64,000 nt of DNA, from positions 672,001 to 736,000 of the forward strand of contig CAXXFL010000006.1 of assembly GCA_963674965.2 (NCBI GenBank), written 5' to 3'. The stretch comes from a bacterium (GTDB taxonomy: Bacteria > RBG-13-61-14 > DATKZS01). A program made the position numbers and the translations under genes. This document shows positions 60,088 to 64,000 of the stretch, piece by piece (positions within the stretch are counted from its first letter, which is position 1; each line of letters begins with the position of its first letter). The notes under the pieces were generated by a model. It made no database searches, was not told the origin of the DNA, and saw nothing but the letters and a program-made list of their open reading frames with translations.

Positions 60088-61194
60088 AAGGGCGTGCTCA
60101 AGGTGAATCCCGAGGAAGCCAAGATAGTCCAGACCATTTATGAAACCTACAGCAAGCTTCGCTCCTTCAGGATGACGGCCAAGGCGGTCAACGAGATGGG
60201 ATACAGGACCAAGGCCTACCATTCCAGGCGCGGGAATCATCACGGCAACAAGAAATTCAACAAGAACGCGATCGCGCACATCCTCCAGAGCACGGCTTAC
60301 CTCGGAAAGGTATCTCACAACGGCGACATATTCGAGGGCAGGCACGAGGCAATAATCGATGAGAAACTGTGGCAGAACGTGAACGAACACATCGCGGCCA
60401 ACAAGGTGGTCCGCCGGAAGCCGAGGCCCCAGAAGATGCATACCTTCCTGCTGGAAAGCATTGTGAGATGCGGATGGTGTGGAGGCCAGCTTACTCCGAG
60501 CTACTCCGGTGGAAGGAGCAGGCACTACTACTATTACATCTGCACCGGCCTGAACAGAGGGGCCGACGAGTGCAAGATGAAGCGGGTAAGCGCCCCGGCC
60601 TTAGAGGATGCGATAGCCGGAAGGCTTATCGAGATGGGCAAGGACCAGGACCTCCTGAACGAAATCCTAGACGAGGCGAATTGCAATTCCCGGAAGGAGG
60701 TCAAGATACTCCAGGAGCGAAAAGACCTGCAGAGGCGGGCCCTGGCCCCGATAGAACAGGAGATCAAGAACATTGTGAAGTTCATCTCCCAGGGGAAAAA
60801 CATGGCCTCCCTGGGCGCGGAACTCGAGCGCCTGGAGATTCGGAAGAAGGAAATAGAAGGGGAAATCGAGAAGATCGACCTGGAATTCCGGGAGTTGAAA
60901 AACAGAACCATCGACGCGGAGATTATAAGCGAGGGCCTGGAGTTTTTCGAACAGGCATGGGAGGTAGCCGATCCGAAGCAGAAGAAGGACCTCATGAGAC
61001 TGTACGTCCACAAAATCATCTGGACGCCGGAGAAAATAAAAATGGGCCTCTATACAAGGCCCGTGTCTGAAATATCGATTAAATCCAGCAATGTCAACCA
61101 CGATGGGCAAATTGCAGTGGATCGTATTAACTGGCTCCCCGGAAGCAACTCTCTTCATAACGTTCTATTTTGGAGAAAATTTCAAAAAATGTAG
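60088..61194 (+). pseudogene. large serine recombinase lacking the N-terminal catalytic domain
   Basis: LKVNPEEA, YLGKV...GRHEAIID, CGWCG...YYIC...C zinc ribbon, coiled coil; starts at the IS right end. Confidence 0.88.
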
Positions 61195-61351
61195 GCGCCG
61201 ATGGGAGTTACACGCGAGTGGGGAAAGAAAGCCGGTGAGAAATAATTTAACGAAGGTTTCCCAACTAAAAGACTAATTGAAGGGGTAAAGGAAATGCCGG
61301 AGGTCCATTTCTCCAGGAAAGATTTCGGCGACTCCTTCGTAACTCGTGGCC

Positions 61352-61950
61352 GCGACCCATTATCGAACCGAACCGTGTACGTCCCCGCGTCCAGCGCCCC
61401 CGCCGCGGACAGCTTGAGAGTGTCGCCCTCCTCGAGCTCGTCGGCCCAGGTGTCGCCGTCGCCCAGGCTGATCTCGCCGAGGGCGCTCTCGGCCAGGAGC
61501 CGGAGCCGCGCCGCGTCGAACTCGGGCGTCGCCGAGTCGCCTTCGCCGGGACCGCAGAGCACGGTGTCGCCGCTCATGACGGTAGTCACGCCGTCGCAGA
61601 GGCCGTCGCCGTCGGTATCGGGACTCAGTGGATTGGTGTAGAAGTAGCCCGAGTTCAGGTACTCCTCGAGGTTGGTCCTCCCGTCGCCGTCGGGGTCATC
61701 GGCCGCGTCGTCCACCAGCGGGTCCAGCCCGGCGATGACCTCCCAATAATCGTCGATCCCGTCCCCATCCGAGTCGGCCAACCTCGGGTCCGTCCCCAGC
61801 CTCGCCTCGATAATCGCCGCCATCCCGTCCCCGTCATAATCCGCCACCGCCTCATCGCACTCCACCACCACCGGATCGAACCCAAGGCTATCGGCATACT
61901 CCACCTCCCACCCGTCCGTGAAGCCGTCAAAGTCAGAATCGGCGGAAAGA
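61352..61950 (-). pseudogene. orphan fragment with DxDxDG Ca-binding (TSP3-like) repeats, probably part of an RHS gene copy
   Basis: DSDFDG, DYDGDG, DSDGDG, DPDGDG, DTDGDG repeats; in-frame stop at 61965-61967 and no real start; high GC. Confidence 0.7.
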
Positions 61951-62051
61951 ACAGAGGCAAGTTTTCAAAGAACGTAGTTAAATCTATATCGACAACCAAA
62001 GCATAGGTCATCCCCGGGAAACGATTCTCTATGACCTGCTCGCTATGCTCG

Positions 62052-62074
62052 CCCATATAGCTGAGCTATATGGG
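62052..62074. repeat. perfect 11-bp inverted repeat
   Basis: CCCATATAGCT-G-AGCTATATGGG. Confidence 0.85.
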
Positions 62075-62118
62075 TTACTTATATTTTAGCCCTTTTGTGG
62101 GTTTCCTGTTACAAAGCA

Positions 62119-62856
62119 TTAATCCTCGTGCTCGGGATACAGCAGTGCTCTCAGTTTATTTTGAATTTCCCTCTCTTCTCCCTCGCTTGACGTGAAAGGA
62201 CGGTCATAGGCTTTGACGAACACTACTCCAGAAGCTTCCACTCTGGTTTCCAGCCAACTAGCGTTAAGCACGTCTTCTTTCTTCTTGCCCGTAATCTCCC
62301 AATATTTATCGCCAAACCACATTACCGAACCCACTTCCTCGAGATATCTGTCGCGAAACGTTCTCCTTCCCGGATTCTGAGACGTGTCTATAATCATCTT
62401 GTCTAATGGGTATGGGAGCCCGTTATGTTTCATGGGCAGATGGTCATAACTGCGGCCAGCGCTATCGTACTGCAACGGGTCATGCGCGTTCTGCCAATAT
62501 TCATAGTTTTCATCATAAACTCTTGCCTGGATAAAAGAATCGAAATCAAGAAAAGGCGCGATCCAGCCATATGATTGCCCAATCTCCTTTATACACTTTT
62601 CGATAAATACGAGAGAAAGGTTTTTATTACCTACATGGCCGTATTCTACTTTGATATTATCAAACTCGATGCCAAAGTGCTGGAGATTTCTTCTTTGGAT
62701 AGACTTCATAATATTCGATAGCTTTATTCTATTCCCATTAATATTGCCCCTTTCGTCAGGATCAATAATGTCCTTATGCGATTCAATAAGCGTTTTCCAA
62801 ATGGCCGTGGGTTTATAAAGCATATAAGGTAATACAATTTCAGCAGATAAATCCAT
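62119..62856 (-). CDS. putative cognate immunity protein
   Basis: ATG directly follows the toxin stop (TAAATG); low GC matching the toxin tip. Confidence 0.78.
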   Translation of the reverse strand: MDLSAEIVLPYMLYKPTAIWKTLIESHKDIIDPDERGNINGNRIKLSNIMKSIQRRNLQHFGIEFDNIKVEYGHVGNKNLSLVFIEKCIKEIGQSYGWIAPFLDFDSFIQARVYDENYEYWQNAHDPLQYDSAGRSYDHLPMKHNGLPYPLDKMIIDTSQNPGRRTFRDRYLEEVGSVMWFGDKYWEITGKKKEDVLNASWLETRVEASGVVFVKAYDRPFTSSEGEEREIQNKLRALLYPEHED

Positions 62857-64000
62857 TTAAGGGTACTCCTTTATATTGACATGGACATTGTATTTTTCTC
62901 CAAATTTAACCAAATAATCCGCATCGGATGATCCCCCCGGTTGTACTCTTAAATCCAATATCATATTGGCTGGATTATCGTTAACCGACCCTCTTCCAGA
63001 ACCTAGCTGTCTAATATGGCCTTCCATTCCACTCTTCCAGCCTGATCCAGTTGTATCGACAGATTTAACGCTGACAAGATTATTCCCTTTCTGGAAGTCC
63101 ACTAATGGGAAAGTGCCGCCGCCTTCTTTGCCTATATGGTGCCAATCACTATAATCCGTCTTGGCAAGAGCCTCCTCAATTTCTTTTCCACGCTGCAATG
63201 GGTCTTTGCTCCATACTCCTTTGGCCTTTTTGGCTATATCAACTGCCTCATCAGCATGACTTGCAACGTCGTCACCATACCTTGTGACACCGGAAATGAA
63301 AAGTCCAGCTTTTCTTACACCCGCGCCAGACGCGGCAGCTATTCCAACGCAACTCGTCGCCCGCCAGTACCATTGGAGTTCCGTAACATTTATTGCATCG
63401 TAGCCGCTGGTGCATTCGAATACATCGCGCACATCGTTGACACCCGGGACAAACGCCGTTGACAAGTCTGCAAACGTCTTTAATTCTTTTACAACTTCCT
63501 TGACGGAAACGGTCCCGCCAGATAGACTGCTATTCTCAGCCCACTGAGTATATCCAGGGCCGCCATATTGCATCCCATTCGAGTCCTGAAAGGTTATTGG
63601 ATTATTATGAGCGTACTCGTATTGATTAATAAGTCCTGGTATCGGGTCCGTACTAACGAACCTTCCTAAATCCGGGTCATACCAGCGAGCGCCCAGCTTA
63701 TAAAGGCCGACGTCATTATCTTGTCGGCGGCCGACGAAGCCGTGGGTGATGGAGGAGTTGGCGATGGTGAGGGGGTGGGAGGGCGAGCCGGCGAAGTCGG
63801 CGCCGAAGGGGAGATAGGCGCGGCGCCAGACGGTCTCGCCGTCGGAGTTGGTGGCGACCACCGGGGAGTGGAGACCGTAGTGGAGGTAGAGCCGCCGGGA
63901 GATATTGACCGAGGCGGCGCCCGAGTCGAGGAGGCTCGAGCCCGAGTCGTCCACCACGTCAATATCGAAATTTCCCGAGGCCTCGTCCCCGAGGTCGCCC
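62857..64000 (-). CDS. RHS-repeat polymorphic toxin (3' part) with pre-toxin domain and CdiA EC869-like nuclease tip; starts beyond the window
   Basis: Frame open to the window edge; VWRRAYLPFG, GARWYDPDLGRFVSTDP, NQYEYAHNNPITFQDSNG; PT-TG-like FVPGVNDVRDVFECTSGYD; tip RG..IE...FPLVDF...SVKSVDT. Confidence 0.9.
   Translation of the reverse strand, partial: GDLGDEASGNFDIDVVDDSGSSLLDSGAASVNISRRLYLHYGLHSPVVATNSDGETVWRRAYLPFGADFAGSPSHPLTIANSSITHGFVGRRQDNDVGLYKLGARWYDPDLGRFVSTDPIPGLINQYEYAHNNPITFQDSNGMQYGGPGYTQWAENSSLSGGTVSVKEVVKELKTFADLSTAFVPGVNDVRDVFECTSGYDAINVTELQWYWRATSCVGIAAASGAGVRKAGLFISGVTRYGDDVASHADEAVDIAKKAKGVWSKDPLQRGKEIEEALAKTDYSDWHHIGKEGGGTFPLVDFQKGNNLVSVKSVDTTGSGWKSGMEGHIRQLGSGRGSVNDNPANMILDLRVQPGGSSDADYLVKFGEKYNVHVNIKEYP

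Noticed and set aside
62030-62080. Integron attC-like site (GCTCGCTATGCTCGC...GCTGAGC...GTTA)
   Set aside because: No matching RYYYAAC left box, atypical spacing, and no integron integrase or second site
1-64000. Many long antisense or overlapping ORFs in the track (e.g. 3192..4265+, 14672..16438-, 20996..22987+, 31586..33151-, 55410..56411-)
   Set aside because: Shadow ORFs of high-GC genes; they lack motifs and lie opposite well-supported CDSs
1-64000. CRISPR array, rRNA or intact tRNA
   Set aside because: No regularly spaced repeats or cloverleaf/T-arm signatures were seen in the intergenic regions; a covariance-model scan was not possible

Overview
High-GC, deltaproteobacterium-like chromosomal window; the taxonomy is an impression only. 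1-17 kb is mostly housekeeping and envelope genes: GH20 hexosaminidase, metallophosphoesterase, a YbjQ pair, a large MscS channel, CoA-transferase III, glpK, aroE, ECF A-A'/T, acyl-CoA ligase and a Tat-signal nitroreductase. A low-GC islet at 17.4-18.35 kb holds a decayed protease-remnant/antitoxin/MazF unit. A tightly coupled minus-strand operon at 20.7-31.2 kb encodes two B12-binding radical SAM enzymes, a Twitch/SPASM radical SAM, an FAD oxidoreductase, a methyltransferase, GT2 and two GT-C glycosyltransferases. A second glycan-tailoring operon (GT4, sulfotransferase, methyltransferase, B12-radical SAM) lies at 40.9-45.3 kb. A CusRS-like two-component system precedes a candidate operator and a deacetylase-GT4 pair, followed by an ECF sigma / zinc anti-sigma / exported caspase-beta-barrel module at 52.2-55.4 kb. 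55.4-61.2 kb is a collapsed island (truncated ISL3, truncated type III Res, truncated DUF4276, intact IS3-family element, truncated large serine recombinase). The window ends in an RHS polymorphic toxin locus (toxin, immunity, orphan fragment). No rRNA, intact tRNA or CRISPR array was seen. All family calls come from motif recognition by eye, not database searches.
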